Source: Candidatus Enterousia sp. (GTDB taxonomy: Bacteria; Pseudomonadota; Alphaproteobacteria; Rs-D84). From it: a stretch of DNA of 64,000 nucleotides. Location of the stretch: contig JAZTWA010000016.1 in the NCBI GenBank assembly GCA_045635585.1, forward strand, positions 10,785-74,784, written 5' to 3'. Below the pieces are notes generated by a model that made no database searches, had not been told where the DNA came from, and saw only the letters and a program-made list of their open reading frames with translations. Position numbers and translations under genes: made by a program. This document shows, piece after piece, positions 44,784 to 55,250 of this stretch (position 1 is its first letter; every line of letters starts with the position of its first letter).

Positions 44784-45275
44784 TTAACGTTTGCTGAACT
44801 GTGTAGAACGACGAGCCTTGCGATAACCGTAATGCTTACGTTCAACAACACGACTATCACGTGTCAAGAAGCCAGCAGATTTTAATACTGCGCGTAATTC
44901 TGGTTCGATTTTTTCCAATGCTTTGGAAATACCATGTTTTACCGCGCCTGCCTGACCAGACAAACCGCCACCTTGTACCATGGCAACAATATCATATGAT
45001 GTTTCGCGTTTTGTTACACCAAATGGTTGTGCAATAATCATCTGTAATACCGCGCGACGGAAATATTCGCTGGATGCTTTACCGTTAACAGTGATGTTGC
45101 CTTTACCCGGCATCAAATAAACGCGTGCAACAGAATCTTTACGTTTACCAGTTGCATATGTTGCATTGTTCAATTTTGGTGTTGCAACCGCAGCAGTTGC
45201 TTTTTTTGCAACTGTTTTCTTTGCAGGGGCAGCTTTTTTTACTGTCTTTGTTGCTGTTTTCTTTGCTTCTGCCAT
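44784..45275 (-). CDS. rpsI: 30S ribosomal protein S9 (with K/A-rich N-terminal extension)
   Basis: C-terminal [19 protein letters not shown]...[25 protein letters not shown]. Confidence 0.93.
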   Translation of the reverse strand: MAEAKKTATKTVKKAAPAKKTVAKKATAAVATPKLNNATYATGKRKDSVARVYLMPGKGNITVNGKASSEYFRRAVLQMIIAQPFGVTKRETSYDIVAMVQGGGLSGQAGAVKHGISKALEKIEPELRAVLKSAGFLTRDSRVVERKHYGYRKARRSTQFSKR

Positions 45276-45748
45276 TATTCGCCCCTTTTGTTTTTACGGT
45301 TCAAGCCTGCAAAATCAATAACCTGTGGATTTTGTGCCTGATGTTTATGTTCGCTGCCCGCGTAAACGTGCAATTTTGTTAAACGTTGATTTGCCAATGC
45401 AACCGCAGTACGACGACCCATCATACGTTTTACCGCATTGAATACCAATTTTTCTGGTTTTTCGCTGCGCATTTGACCCAATGTGCGAGATTTCAAAGAA
45501 CCTGTCCACAATGAATGCCAAAAGAAACGATCTTTATCGGCTTTGTGGCCAGACAATGCAACCTTGTCTGCATTGATAATAACAACGTGGTCACCACAAT
45601 CCATGTTTGGTGTCCATGTTGGCTTATGCTTGCCGCGCAAGATGTTTGCAGTATATGCTGCCAAACGTCCCAGCGTGCAATCAGTTGCGTCAATCAGATA
45701 CCATTTGGCTTCTAATTCGCACTTTTTTAACGATTTTGTCGCTGCCAT
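45275..45748 (-). CDS. rplM: 50S ribosomal protein L13
   Basis: [32 protein letters not shown]. Start set at ATG 45748. Confidence 0.93.
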   Translation of the reverse strand: MAATKSLKKCELEAKWYLIDATDCTLGRLAAYTANILRGKHKPTWTPNMDCGDHVVIINADKVALSGHKADKDRFFWHSLWTGSLKSRTLGQMRSEKPEKLVFNAVKRMMGRRTAVALANQRLTKLHVYAGSEHKHQAQNPQVIDFAGLNRKNKRGE

Positions 45749-45854
45749 TTTAGTTTTCCTTGTTTGTTTATTGTTATAGCGGTGCATATTATGACGTAAT
45801 GCCCCAGAAATGTCAAGAAAAATCAGTATGGTATTATTGTACCATATAAAAATA

Positions 45855-45880
45855 TAAAAGAAACGCCCATTTGGGCGTGC
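45855..45880 (-). terminator. Terminator of argS
   Basis: ACGCCC-ATTT-GGGCGT with a T-run on the minus strand. Confidence 0.55.
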
Positions 45881-45881
45881 T

Positions 45882-47588
45882 TTACATTTCAGATGGTATT
45901 TTTAGACCCATTAAATCAATTGTTTGGACCAATGTTTCGTATGCCTTTTGGACGATATGTAAGCGCCCTGCCCGTATATCGTTTGAAATGTCATCACGTA
46001 AAATTGGGCAATTATGATAAAATGTATTTATCAATTGGCACAAATCATATGCGTAATTGGCAATCATGTCTGTGGCACGATTATCAAATGCACTTAATAC
46101 AGTTCGTTCAAAGTCCAAAATAGCAATCAATAAGTTACGTTCGTCAATGTTCATTGGCATGTATGATGTATCTGCACTAAATGTTGCGCGTTTTAATACG
46201 CTGTTCAAACGGACGGCAGTGTACAAGATATATGGACCGGTGCGCCCTTCGAAACTGGTTACGGATGTTGGATCAAAGATATAATCCGAACGTACGTCGT
46301 GCATTAAATCATTAAACTTTACTGCGGCCAATGCGATTTCGCTTATGGTTTCTGAATCAAGGCTTTTCCCAGATTCGGCAACACGCGCGTTTACTGCATC
46401 GTTAACGGCGTCGATTATGTCATCAAGTCCAGCGGCGTTGCCATCACGTGTTTTGAATGGTTTGCCGTCACGTCCATTAATTGTTCCGTATCCAATATGT
46501 TCCAGATTTTCGTATTCAAAAATACCAGATAATTGTGATGCGCGGAATAATTGTTCGAAATGCAGGCCTTGGCGTTGGTCTGTAAAGTAAATGATTTTAT
46601 TTGGGGCGTCGATTTGTTTGCGGCAATATACTGCGGCCAAATCAGTGGAATCATATGTGTCCGCACCGCGTGAATCTGTCCACATGTATGGTGGCATTGG
46701 TTTATTATCCGTATCACGTTTGACGATAATTACTTGAGCGCCATCACTTTCGACAATAAGATTTTTTTCTTGTAATATTTTTTCGACATCTGGCAAGTAT
46801 TTTGCGGCATTACGTTCGCCTAAATCATAATCAAATGGCAATATGTTCAAACGTTTTACAGTGTCGTTCATCATTTCTAATGATATTTTCAAGAATTTTT
46901 CGTAAAGCGCAAAATATCCCTTATGACCGTCTTGGAATTTTGCCTTGATTTCTTGGGCGTGTGCTTGAAATTCAGGGTTTTCTTTGGCAAATGCGCTGGC
47001 CACGGGATAATATGTATTTAATTCTGATGGTGAGATTTCAAAATCAACATCTGTTTTGGAATCAAAGTTATCTTGGAAATATGGTAATTCTGGGTGCAGA
47101 CGTTCAATCCATGCGATTACCAATGCCATCGGTTTGCCCCAATCGCCAATATGATTCCATGAATATGTTTTATGGCCCAATAGTTTTGCAATACGATTGA
47201 AAGTATCGCCAACGATTGATGTACGTAAATGCCCAATGTGTAATGATTTTGCAACATTGTATGCGCCATAATCCAAATCAATTGTTTGTGGTGTTTCTGA
47301 CTTTGGATTTTGTGGCTGGTTCGCAGATTCCCAAATAAATTCGTCTTTTAATTTAATATTTATAAATCCAGGACCCGCGATAGATGTTTGGGCAATAAAT
47401 TCTAGTTCCGCCAATTTAGGCGCAATTTCAGCGGCCAATTCACGTGGGTTTTTGCCGGCTGTCTTTGCCATAACCATGGCAGCGTTGGTTGAAAAGTCAC
47501 CAAAATCACGATTGCGTGGTACTTCTAGGTTAACATTAGTGCCCAGTTTTTCATTTATTGCATTTGATACATATTTATATAAATTCAT
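45882..47588 (-). CDS. argS: Arginine--tRNA ligase
   Basis: Class I aaRS: HIGH-type SLHIGHLRTS, an N-terminal Arg_tRNA_synt_N domain, and a DALR anticodon-binding C-terminus. Confidence 0.93.
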   Translation of the reverse strand: MNLYKYVSNAINEKLGTNVNLEVPRNRDFGDFSTNAAMVMAKTAGKNPRELAAEIAPKLAELEFIAQTSIAGPGFINIKLKDEFIWESANQPQNPKSETPQTIDLDYGAYNVAKSLHIGHLRTSIVGDTFNRIAKLLGHKTYSWNHIGDWGKPMALVIAWIERLHPELPYFQDNFDSKTDVDFEISPSELNTYYPVASAFAKENPEFQAHAQEIKAKFQDGHKGYFALYEKFLKISLEMMNDTVKRLNILPFDYDLGERNAAKYLPDVEKILQEKNLIVESDGAQVIIVKRDTDNKPMPPYMWTDSRGADTYDSTDLAAVYCRKQIDAPNKIIYFTDQRQGLHFEQLFRASQLSGIFEYENLEHIGYGTINGRDGKPFKTRDGNAAGLDDIIDAVNDAVNARVAESGKSLDSETISEIALAAVKFNDLMHDVRSDYIFDPTSVTSFEGRTGPYILYTAVRLNSVLKRATFSADTSYMPMNIDERNLLIAILDFERTVLSAFDNRATDMIANYAYDLCQLINTFYHNCPILRDDISNDIRAGRLHIVQKAYETLVQTIDLMGLKIPSEM

Positions 47589-47622
47589 TTTCTTTTAACC
47601 TTTGTCATAATTTTTTTCGCTG

Positions 47623-48903
47623 TTATATTGGTAATACAATTCTTACACGTAATCCGCCCAAATCACTGTTTTCCAAGAACAATTGTCCACCATGGTTTTC
47701 AATTGCTGTTTGGGCAATAGAAAGTCCCAATCCTGTGCCGCCCGTATCGGCACGTCGTGCATCGTCAAGGCGAACAAATGGTCGCAATGCATCCTTTTTA
47801 CGATCATCAGGAATACCAATTCCATCATCTTCAATTATGATTTCAATGCTATCAATTGTATCGTGTTCGGTAATTTTTATAGTCTTTTTTGAATAACGGG
47901 CAGCGTTTTCAATAATGTTGCCGAATGCGCGCGCCAATGCCATTGGACGTGCGTAAAATTGTACAGGTGTATCTGGAACATCTGTTACAATGTTTTTATC
48001 TGGTGCTGCGTCACGTGCGATACGGATTAGCATTGGTGGTAATTCGGTGGCTTGTTCTATTTCTGGTGTTTCGCCACGTGCGAATGCCAAATATCCATTA
48101 ACCATTTCGGTCATACGATCGATATCGTGTATTAAATCTTCATTTTTCGCCGTACCTGTTTCAATTGCCAGACGCATACGTGTCAGTGGTGATTTTAAAT
48201 CGTGGCTGACTGCATTTAACATGTCTGTACGTGTGCGATTATATCTGTCCAGACGTTCTTTCATGGTTATCATTGATGCGGCTGCGTCACGAATTTCTTT
48301 GGAACCTGTTGGAACAAACCCAGGTGCATCCAGCCCACGACCGAAACGATTTGCCGCACGTGCAATGCGACGGATGCTGCGTGTGTGCATGATAATAAAT
48401 GGTGCAATCAGAATAGATACGATTAATATAGAACCAATCAGCCATATTATAAATACTTCGGTGCTGGTTGAATAGATTCTGTATAACGATGTTCCAAATG
48501 TTGCAATTTTTTTATCTTTGGTTGGAACGTCGATAAATACCAATCTTTTGCCTTTGTCCATATATATGTTTGCGGAACGTTTCAAGCGTTTTGATAATTC
48601 TGATGCCAAGCGGCCTGTTTCGTGGGCGGAATTGTCGTTATGTTTTGGGCGATTCAGTTTGTCATGAAATGTTACATTTATGCCCGTATCGCGTGCCATT
48701 TTTTGTACCGCATCGGTGTTGTTATCGTCAATAAAGTTCATCATAGTGGTGATTTCACCCGCCAGTGTGCGTGCCAATGTATCATGAACGCGGGACCAGT
48801 GATTGCCAAAGAAAGCATTCGCCACAATAACTTGGGCGACAACCAACGGTATTAAAATCATCAATATTGTACGTAATAAAAAACTGCGCGGTATTAATCT
48901 CAT
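47623..48903 (-). CDS. Sensor histidine kinase (EnvZ-like)
   Basis: Two TM helices plus HAMP, H-box VSHDLKSPLTRM, and G boxes DDGIGIP / GTGLGLSIA. Confidence 0.88.
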   Translation of the reverse strand: MRLIPRSFLLRTILMILIPLVVAQVIVANAFFGNHWSRVHDTLARTLAGEITTMMNFIDDNNTDAVQKMARDTGINVTFHDKLNRPKHNDNSAHETGRLASELSKRLKRSANIYMDKGKRLVFIDVPTKDKKIATFGTSLYRIYSTSTEVFIIWLIGSILIVSILIAPFIIMHTRSIRRIARAANRFGRGLDAPGFVPTGSKEIRDAAASMITMKERLDRYNRTRTDMLNAVSHDLKSPLTRMRLAIETGTAKNEDLIHDIDRMTEMVNGYLAFARGETPEIEQATELPPMLIRIARDAAPDKNIVTDVPDTPVQFYARPMALARAFGNIIENAARYSKKTIKITEHDTIDSIEIIIEDDGIGIPDDRKKDALRPFVRLDDARRADTGGTGLGLSIAQTAIENHGGQLFLENSDLGGLRVRIVLPI

Positions 48904-48930
48904 GTTAATATATCCTGTTGTTTTTTGTTT

Positions 48931-49572
48931 TTATTTTGTCCCGTTTTTTGGGATTATTTTATATCCTTGGCCACGAACGGTAACCATATCTATGCTTGAT
49001 AATACTATATTTATTTTATTGCGCAAGCGTTTTGCAACCATTGGTGCCGCGGGTGCAATATTCCCGATTGGGGATGTTAATTGCTGTAACAATCGTTTTT
49101 CTTCACCAGATAATGCCAAAATTTTTAATGTGCCGTCATTGTCTGATACGAAAAATTCATTATCGGTAAATACTAATCCGTATTCTGATAGTGTATCATA
49201 TTTGTTATTGCCGGTGCGTATTATATTGTTCAGCCGCAAGATTAATTCACGCATTTGAAATGGTTTGGCCAGATAATCATTCGCGCCGCCTGATAAACCG
49301 TCAATTGCATCTTCGGGACCGTTCATTGCGGTTAACATAATTGTTGGTGTAGTGTTTCCTGTTGCACGAATTTTCTTTAAAAACGTTAAACCATCCATAC
49401 CTGTCATCATGCGGTCCAGTATAATCGCATCAGCCGTAATATGATTTAGTATATCTGTGGCATTTTCAGCAGATGAGGCGGTCAGAACACAAAAACCTTC
49501 ATTGCGTAACCCACCAGCCAGCGTATTACGCAACATATCGTCATCGTCAATAATTAGAATAGTTTTATTCAT
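48931..49572 (-). CDS. OmpR-family response regulator
   Basis: Receiver domain (ILIIDDDD, ILDRMMTGMDG, YLAKPF) plus a winged-helix C-terminus (MVTVRGQGYKI). Confidence 0.88.
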   Translation of the reverse strand: MNKTILIIDDDDMLRNTLAGGLRNEGFCVLTASSAENATDILNHITADAIILDRMMTGMDGLTFLKKIRATGNTTPTIMLTAMNGPEDAIDGLSGGANDYLAKPFQMRELILRLNNIIRTGNNKYDTLSEYGLVFTDNEFFVSDNDGTLKILALSGEEKRLLQQLTSPIGNIAPAAPMVAKRLRNKINIVLSSIDMVTVRGQGYKIIPKNGTK

Positions 49573-49629
49573 TGTGTCATCAGTCGTTGGTCATTGGTTA
49601 TCCCAGTGGGCCGTACAACCAATGATATA

Positions 49630-50550
49630 CTATTTTTTCAAAGGTTCAACAGCATATTCACCAGGCTGAATTGTGCGCATGGCATTGTTTGCACCCATCA
49701 TGTCTTCTTCGTAAACCGCGGCGCGAAATTGCATGCCAGATGTTGCAAATTCTGTTTTGAAAAGCGCATACCCTGTCCCGCCACCAGTTGTTGGACCCTG
49801 CATTCCCAATGAATAATATCCGCCCAAGATACCATAATCCAAATCAATATAGTCGATATTAACCATTAATGAAACGTTGCTGAACCCGTCGCTGGTCATG
49901 TTGCAGGCAAATTCGCGATTGGATAGTGTTGCCTGTGAATTAATTGGAACCATAATATCCATTACAGTTGGTTCGCATCTGCGGTCAATACCGTTTACCA
50001 AAAATTCGTATGTCATGCCAACAGTTGCCTTGGACAGACCTGTTGATACATTGACCTGTGAAATTGTTGCCTTTGGAATTTTTACCATCGCGTTGGCAAT
50101 ACCGCTGCGTACAGGGAATGAAATCCCAGATTGTAAACAGTCGCGTGAAAATGGGTCTGCTTCGCAAATATATACACGTGAATGTGCATTCATCATGAAC
50201 ATGTTTGCCAAACTGTTGAATAAAAATGTGCGTGTAATGCGGTCGTTTAACTTTGTGCAACCAAAGTTACGGCATATAACCATCGGCTTGTCAGCAAATC
50301 GTACCCCAGGATGTGCCATTTCTTCGGCAATACGCGCATCGATTATATTTTGATCATAATCCAAACTGTCCGCGCGTTCCATAAATTCCGTTTCAGGAAT
50401 AAAATTTGGATCGTCTGGGTACGCATAATATGATTGCACCGGTGTTTCTGTATAAATTGTCTGAAAATCCTGATAGACAATTTCGTCCGCAGAATGTGCA
50501 GCAAATCCGTAAAAAGCAGCGAAAACAGCCATAAAAATAGGTTTTAACAT
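49630..50550 (-). CDS. Secreted protein, unknown function
   Basis: Signal peptide MLKPIFMAVFAAFYGFAAHSA (start set at ATG 50550). Several Cys; no known motif. Confidence 0.55.
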   Translation of the reverse strand: MLKPIFMAVFAAFYGFAAHSADEIVYQDFQTIYTETPVQSYYAYPDDPNFIPETEFMERADSLDYDQNIIDARIAEEMAHPGVRFADKPMVICRNFGCTKLNDRITRTFLFNSLANMFMMNAHSRVYICEADPFSRDCLQSGISFPVRSGIANAMVKIPKATISQVNVSTGLSKATVGMTYEFLVNGIDRRCEPTVMDIMVPINSQATLSNREFACNMTSDGFSNVSLMVNIDYIDLDYGILGGYYSLGMQGPTTGGGTGYALFKTEFATSGMQFRAAVYEEDMMGANNAMRTIQPGEYAVEPLKK

Positions 50551-50688
50551 ATTGTTGCCTTTGGTTCTCTCGTGTGAATGATAGAACATTTTAGATAATT
50601 GTGTCAAAACAAAAAAATATTTTTATTGAAATTTGTTTGTGCTTTGTTCTAAGTTATGGATAAATAAATGAATGAAAGGTGAATTATT

Positions 50689-51348
50689 ATGGTCGATTTA
50701 ATCATTGGTGGCGATGCGGGTAAACTGCACGCGGTGTATCACAAGTCTGCCCAAGAAGCAGCGCCTTTGGCGGTGATATTGTCGGGAAATCCACGTCAGA
50801 AATATCATATGAATGATCGTGTGTCGTATGCGATGTTTCGTGCGTTTATGGATATTGGTTTTTCTGTTGTTCGCTTTGATTATCGTGGTGTAAATGATTC
50901 CGAAGGGGCGATTGGTACAACGTCGGAAAATATGTTGGATATCGCAACGGTTATCGATTGGATTCAAAATCATAATGAAGATAGTGATAAAATTTGGTTG
51001 GCAGGACACCAATTGGGGGCATGGTATGTCTTGCAGGCGATGATGCGTCGTCCGGAAATATCGGGTTTTGCGCTGGTTTCGCCAGATACATCGGTATCTG
51101 ATTTTGCTTTCTTGTCGCCACGTCCAAATCGTGGACTGTTGTTGCAGGGTGCGTTGGAATCAGAAGAAGCGCGTGCGTTTGCAACACATATGACCCAGGT
51201 CTTGAAAAAACAGGCACAAATTGATTTGGAAACAATTCGTGTCAAAGGCGCGGATGCCACATATGGTCAGCCCGCAGATTTACGTCAGATGTATAATGAT
51301 TTAAAGGCGTATGTTGGACGTGAAAACGCAGAAGATAAGTTGTTGTAA
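50689..51348 (+). CDS. Alpha/beta-hydrolase-fold protein with atypical nucleophile elbow
   Basis: Fold-typical layout ([38 protein letters not shown]). GHQLG replaces GxSxG. Confidence 0.7.
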   Translation: MVDLIIGGDAGKLHAVYHKSAQEAAPLAVILSGNPRQKYHMNDRVSYAMFRAFMDIGFSVVRFDYRGVNDSEGAIGTTSENMLDIATVIDWIQNHNEDSDKIWLAGHQLGAWYVLQAMMRRPEISGFALVSPDTSVSDFAFLSPRPNRGLLLQGALESEEARAFATHMTQVLKKQAQIDLETIRVKGADATYGQPADLRQMYNDLKAYVGRENAEDKLL

Positions 51349-51350
51349 TT

Positions 51351-52340
51351 ATGCAGAACAAAGAACGTTTTTTAGATGCGAATATCCCTGATGATATGGT
51401 GGCGACAATTCGTCCACGTACATTGTCGGACTTTGTTGGTCATGAAAGCCTGAAACAGAATTTGTCGGTTTTTGTGTCGGGGGCGCGTGCACGTGGTGAA
51501 GCGATGGATCATGTGTTGCTGTATGGACCGCCCGGGCTGGGGAAAACAACTTTGGCGCATATCGTGGCAAATGAATTGGGAACAAATTTCAGGGCAACTG
51601 CGGCACCTATGTTGACCAAGCAAGGTGATTTGGCGGCGATATTGACATCGTTGGAACCAATGGATGTGTTGTTTATTGATGAAATTCATAGACTGCCGAC
51701 GGCTATCGAAGAAGTTCTTTATTCTGCAATGGAAGATTTTAAGTTGGATATCATGTTGGGTGAAGGGCCCAGTGCGAAAAGTGTGCGTATTGACCTGCCC
51801 CCTTTCACATTAGTAGGGGCGACAACACGTACGGGACTGTTGTCAAATCCATTGCGTGATAGATTTGGAATTGATTTGCGATTGACGTTTTATTCGCCGG
51901 CTGATTTGGCCAAGATTATTCAGCGTAGTGCAAATATTTTGGGTACACCAATTGATGCAGATGGGGCATTAATGTTGGCCAAGTCTGCACGTGGAACACC
52001 GCGTATTGCAAACAGGCTGTTAAAGCGTGCACGTGATTTTGCCGCGGCATTGGGTAAAAGTGAAATTGGCGCGGATATTATTAAAACGACATTGTTTCAA
52101 TTGCATATAGATGAATGTGGGTTGGATGAGATTGATCGTGAATATATGAGTATGATTATCAAATTTTATGCTGGTGGTCCCGTCGGGATTGAAAATTTAT
52201 CTGCGGCATTGTCGGAACCTGCCGATACAATTGAAGATGTTATTGAACCATATTTGATGCAGTTGGGATTTATTCAGCGCACGCCACGTGGACGTATTGT
52301 AACAGAGTCTGGATATAGACATCTGGGATTGGAAAAATGA
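51351..52340 (+). CDS. ruvB: Holliday junction branch migration ATPase RuvB
   Basis: [12 protein letters not shown], Walker [10 protein letters not shown], Walker B LFIDEIHR, and the ATTR sensor ([20 protein letters not shown]). Confidence 0.95.
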   Translation: MQNKERFLDANIPDDMVATIRPRTLSDFVGHESLKQNLSVFVSGARARGEAMDHVLLYGPPGLGKTTLAHIVANELGTNFRATAAPMLTKQGDLAAILTSLEPMDVLFIDEIHRLPTAIEEVLYSAMEDFKLDIMLGEGPSAKSVRIDLPPFTLVGATTRTGLLSNPLRDRFGIDLRLTFYSPADLAKIIQRSANILGTPIDADGALMLAKSARGTPRIANRLLKRARDFAAALGKSEIGADIIKTTLFQLHIDECGLDEIDREYMSMIIKFYAGGPVGIENLSAALSEPADTIEDVIEPYLMQLGFIQRTPRGRIVTESGYRHLGLEK

Positions 52341-52356
52341 TGCTGTTGAGGCGATA

Positions 52357-52788
52357 ATGTTTAAAAAGTTTCTTTTAATTGTTTTTATTGTTTCTGGATT
52401 GGTTGGGTGCGGTGGCGCAGATAAGGTGTATAAAACAGGTACAAAACCATACACAATATCTGGTAATACGTATTATCCAATGAAAGATGCCAAAGGGTTT
52501 TCTGAAACGGGTATTGCGTCATGGTATGGACCAAAATTTCATGGCAGAAAAACTGCCAGTGGCGAAAAGTATAATCAAAACGCAATGACCGCGGCACATA
52601 AGACGTTGCCTTTTGGGACAAAGGTTCGTGTTAAAAATGTAAAAAATGATAAAAGTGTTATTGTTCGTATAAATGATCGTGGGCCATTTGCCAAAGGACG
52701 AGTTATAGATGTGTCACGTGCGGCGGCAAAAAAGTTAGATATGATAAATTCTGGTACGGCCAAGGTTAATATAAAAGTAGTAGATTGA
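52357..52788 (+). CDS. rlpA: RlpA-like lipoprotein (DPBB domain)
   Basis: Lipobox LVGCGG and GIASWYGPKFHGRKTASGEKY...VRINDRGPF. Confidence 0.85.
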   Translation: MFKKFLLIVFIVSGLVGCGGADKVYKTGTKPYTISGNTYYPMKDAKGFSETGIASWYGPKFHGRKTASGEKYNQNAMTAAHKTLPFGTKVRVKNVKNDKSVIVRINDRGPFAKGRVIDVSRAAAKKLDMINSGTAKVNIKVVD

Positions 52789-52793
52789 TTAGA

Positions 52794-53171
52794 ATGACAA
52801 AGGTACACAAATTTCCTTTTACAATTGCATATGCTGATACTGATGCCGAAGGGATTGTTTATCATGCAAGGTATTTGGAAATTGCGGAACGCGCCAGAAT
52901 GAACTGGTTGCGTGGTCGTGTTGTGGTGGGTGATGATATTGGTTTTGTTGTTAAAGAACTGAATATAAAATATGGCGCACCATTATATGCGGCAGATGAT
53001 ATAGTGGTTGAAACAACGTTGATTGAAGTTGGCGCGGCAATTGTCAAAGTTGAACAAAAAATTGTAAAAGATGGGATTATTTGTGCTATAATACAGCTTA
53101 GGGTTGCGTATTTGGGGGCGGATATGCGTCCAAAGCGAATCCCATCGGAATTTTTGGATAGTTTGATGTAA
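52794..53171 (+). CDS. ybgC: YbgC-type acyl-CoA thioesterase (4HBT hotdog)
   Basis: IAYADTDAEGIVYHARYLEIAERARMNWL, positioned upstream of tolQ. Confidence 0.8.
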   Translation: MTKVHKFPFTIAYADTDAEGIVYHARYLEIAERARMNWLRGRVVVGDDIGFVVKELNIKYGAPLYAADDIVVETTLIEVGAAIVKVEQKIVKDGIICAIIQLRVAYLGADMRPKRIPSEFLDSLM

Positions 53172-53194
53172 AAATATACAAAGGAAAGAAAAAA

Positions 53195-53686
53195 ATGGAA
53201 AATAATTTTTCAATGTTGAATTTATTTACGGGCGATATGATGACACTTTTTGTGTCGATTGTGTTGGTTGTATTCAGTGTTTTGTCGTGGACGGTTATTA
53301 TTGAAAAAATTCGTTTGTGGCGTATGGCCAAAAGAAATCCAATAAAAATTAAGCCAACAGATAATTTAGATACAGTTGTTGATAAAGTAATCAGACCTTT
53401 TGATAAGAATTTATGGTTCTTGTCTATGGTTGCATATATTTCGCCATTTATTGGTTTGTTTGGTACGGTTTGGGGTGTTATGGATTCTTTTGCGTCGATT
53501 GGTGTTAATCAGTCTGTCAGTATTGGTGTAATTGCGCCGGGCTTGGCGGTTGCGCTGGGTACAACTGCGCTGGGGTTGATTGCGGCGGTGCCTGCGGCGA
53601 TTGCACATCAATATTTTGCAAAAAAGTCAGATGATTTGTATGAACGTTTAGATGAAACACGTCGTGAATTTAAATGTGCTAAATAA
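53195..53686 (+). CDS. tolQ: TolQ (MotA/TolQ/ExbB proton channel), compact 163 aa
   Basis: Three TM helices; ISPFIGLFGTVWGVM and LGTTALGLIAAVPAAIAH. Confidence 0.8.
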   Translation: MENNFSMLNLFTGDMMTLFVSIVLVVFSVLSWTVIIEKIRLWRMAKRNPIKIKPTDNLDTVVDKVIRPFDKNLWFLSMVAYISPFIGLFGTVWGVMDSFASIGVNQSVSIGVIAPGLAVALGTTALGLIAAVPAAIAHQYFAKKSDDLYERLDETRREFKCAK

Positions 53687-53695
53687 GGATTTAAA

Positions 53696-54094
53696 ATGAG
53701 TCGTATTCGTCGTAAACAGGTTGATGCGGGTATTCAATTAACACCAATGATTGATGTTATGACGGTTTTGTTGGCTGTGTTTATGGTAACCACACCAATG
53801 ATGACAACAGGAATTGATTTGGAATTGCCGCGTGCGGGTGTGTCTGCAATGACAGGTGCGGACCATGCTATGCAAATCAGTGTGGACGAACAAGGACGAT
53901 ATTATTTGTCTGATACACAATTACCAAAAGAAGACGTTATTAAGCGTGCAATCGCAATGCGTGGCGAAAATCCAGAATTGACGATTATGATAAGCGGTGA
54001 TACGCATGCTGATTATGGTGCGGTTATGTCGATGATGGGTGGTTTAAAAGATGCGGGATTTCAGAAAGTTGGATTGCGAACACAACCGGAATAA
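53696..54094 (+). CDS. tolR: TolR (ExbD/TolR family)
   Basis: QLTPMIDVMTVLLAVFMV TM segment and a periplasmic domain ending in ..GFQKVGLRT. Confidence 0.8.
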   Translation: MSRIRRKQVDAGIQLTPMIDVMTVLLAVFMVTTPMMTTGIDLELPRAGVSAMTGADHAMQISVDEQGRYYLSDTQLPKEDVIKRAIAMRGENPELTIMISGDTHADYGAVMSMMGGLKDAGFQKVGLRTQPE

Positions 54095-54097
54095 GAA

Positions 54098-54850
54098 ATG
54101 GCAAAATTTGACTTGTTTTCGTCGGAAAATTTACTGATATCTGTGTGTGGGCATTTGTTATTGGTGGCCATAATGATAACATCTTTTGTTGTTGTTATGG
54201 AACGTGCAAAGTTGGTCGCACCTGATAGAATTCAGATAATGGAAATAGATTTGAATGATGTGGTTGTGTCGGGTGATGAAACCAAATTGTTTAATGTTGG
54301 TAATCCAGAACCAGAAGAAAAAAAAGAAGAAAAAAAGCCGGAATCAAAACCAGAGAAAAAAGAAGAACCTGTCGAAGAACCAGAAGAAATAAAAAGTACA
54401 ACACTGGTTGAAGAAGATAAGAAAGAAGAAGTTGTTGATAAAAGTGTTAATGAAGATAAAAAAGTAGAACCAGCACCAGTGCAAAAAAAGAAACGTGTTG
54501 TACGTGTTAATCGTGAAGTTTTGTCTTTGGAACGTACATTGACGATATCTGTTGTTGATGCGTTGCGTGTTGCGATGACACGTTGTTGGGTCGTTGATAC
54601 GACGCGGGCTGATATCGCGGATATTCGTGCAGTGGCGCATTTGACAATGCGCAAGAATGGTACGGTGCAAAATGTTTGGTTTGAATCTGCGGCACGTGCA
54701 GAAACAGATCCTGCATTTGCGTATGTTTTGGATACAATTCGTGCGGCAATTAATGTGTGTCAACCATTCCGTATGTTGCCGGCAAATGAATTTGAAAAAT
54801 GGCAAAAGATTCAGTTGACTTTTTATCCAAACAAGGGACAAGTTATGTAA
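54098..54850 (+). CDS. tolA: TolA-like protein
   Basis: N-terminal TM, E/K/P-rich linker and a small C-terminal domain. Position is immediately after tolR. Confidence 0.6.
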   Translation: MAKFDLFSSENLLISVCGHLLLVAIMITSFVVVMERAKLVAPDRIQIMEIDLNDVVVSGDETKLFNVGNPEPEEKKEEKKPESKPEKKEEPVEEPEEIKSTTLVEEDKKEEVVDKSVNEDKKVEPAPVQKKKRVVRVNREVLSLERTLTISVVDALRVAMTRCWVVDTTRADIADIRAVAHLTMRKNGTVQNVWFESAARAETDPAFAYVLDTIRAAINVCQPFRMLPANEFEKWQKIQLTFYPNKGQVM

Positions 54851-54852
54851 AA

Positions 54853-54882
54853 TAAAAAAACGTCAATTTGACGTTTTTTTTA
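54853..54882. terminator. Bidirectional terminator after tolA
   Basis: A8-CGTCAA-TT-TGACG-T8. Confidence 0.65.
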
Positions 54883-54895
54883 TTTTTGGGCTTTT

Positions 54896-55105
54896 TTATT
54901 CACCCTGCTTTTTTGCGGCATTTAATGCGTGTCGTAACGCTTGTTCTGCGATTTGACGAATTTTTGGCGCAAAGGTTCGCATGTTCATTGTTTCTGCAAC
55001 AGTATTACCAAAAATTCGTGATATATATTCAATTTGTGTCGGTGCGATTACGAATACTTCACTGGTTATGTTTTGGGTATTTAATTTTTGAATCGGTTCG
55101 CGCAT
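54896..55105 (-). CDS. Hypothetical small protein (69 aa)
   Basis: Strong RBS (AGGGGGG, 7 nt before ATG). No known motif. Confidence 0.45.
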   Translation of the reverse strand: MREPIQKLNTQNITSEVFVIAPTQIEYISRIFGNTVAETMNMRTFAPKIRQIAEQALRHALNAAKKQGE

Positions 55106-55250
55106 TACTAATCCCCCCTGTTTTCTGCGAAAAATGATAATTTTTTATATCGGATACTTGTTTTAACCCATGACAGATATTATATCATAAAGTAACTTGA
55201 CCGCAAGGCACAAAATTGCTATATATTGCGTGATAAAATAAGGAAGAAAT

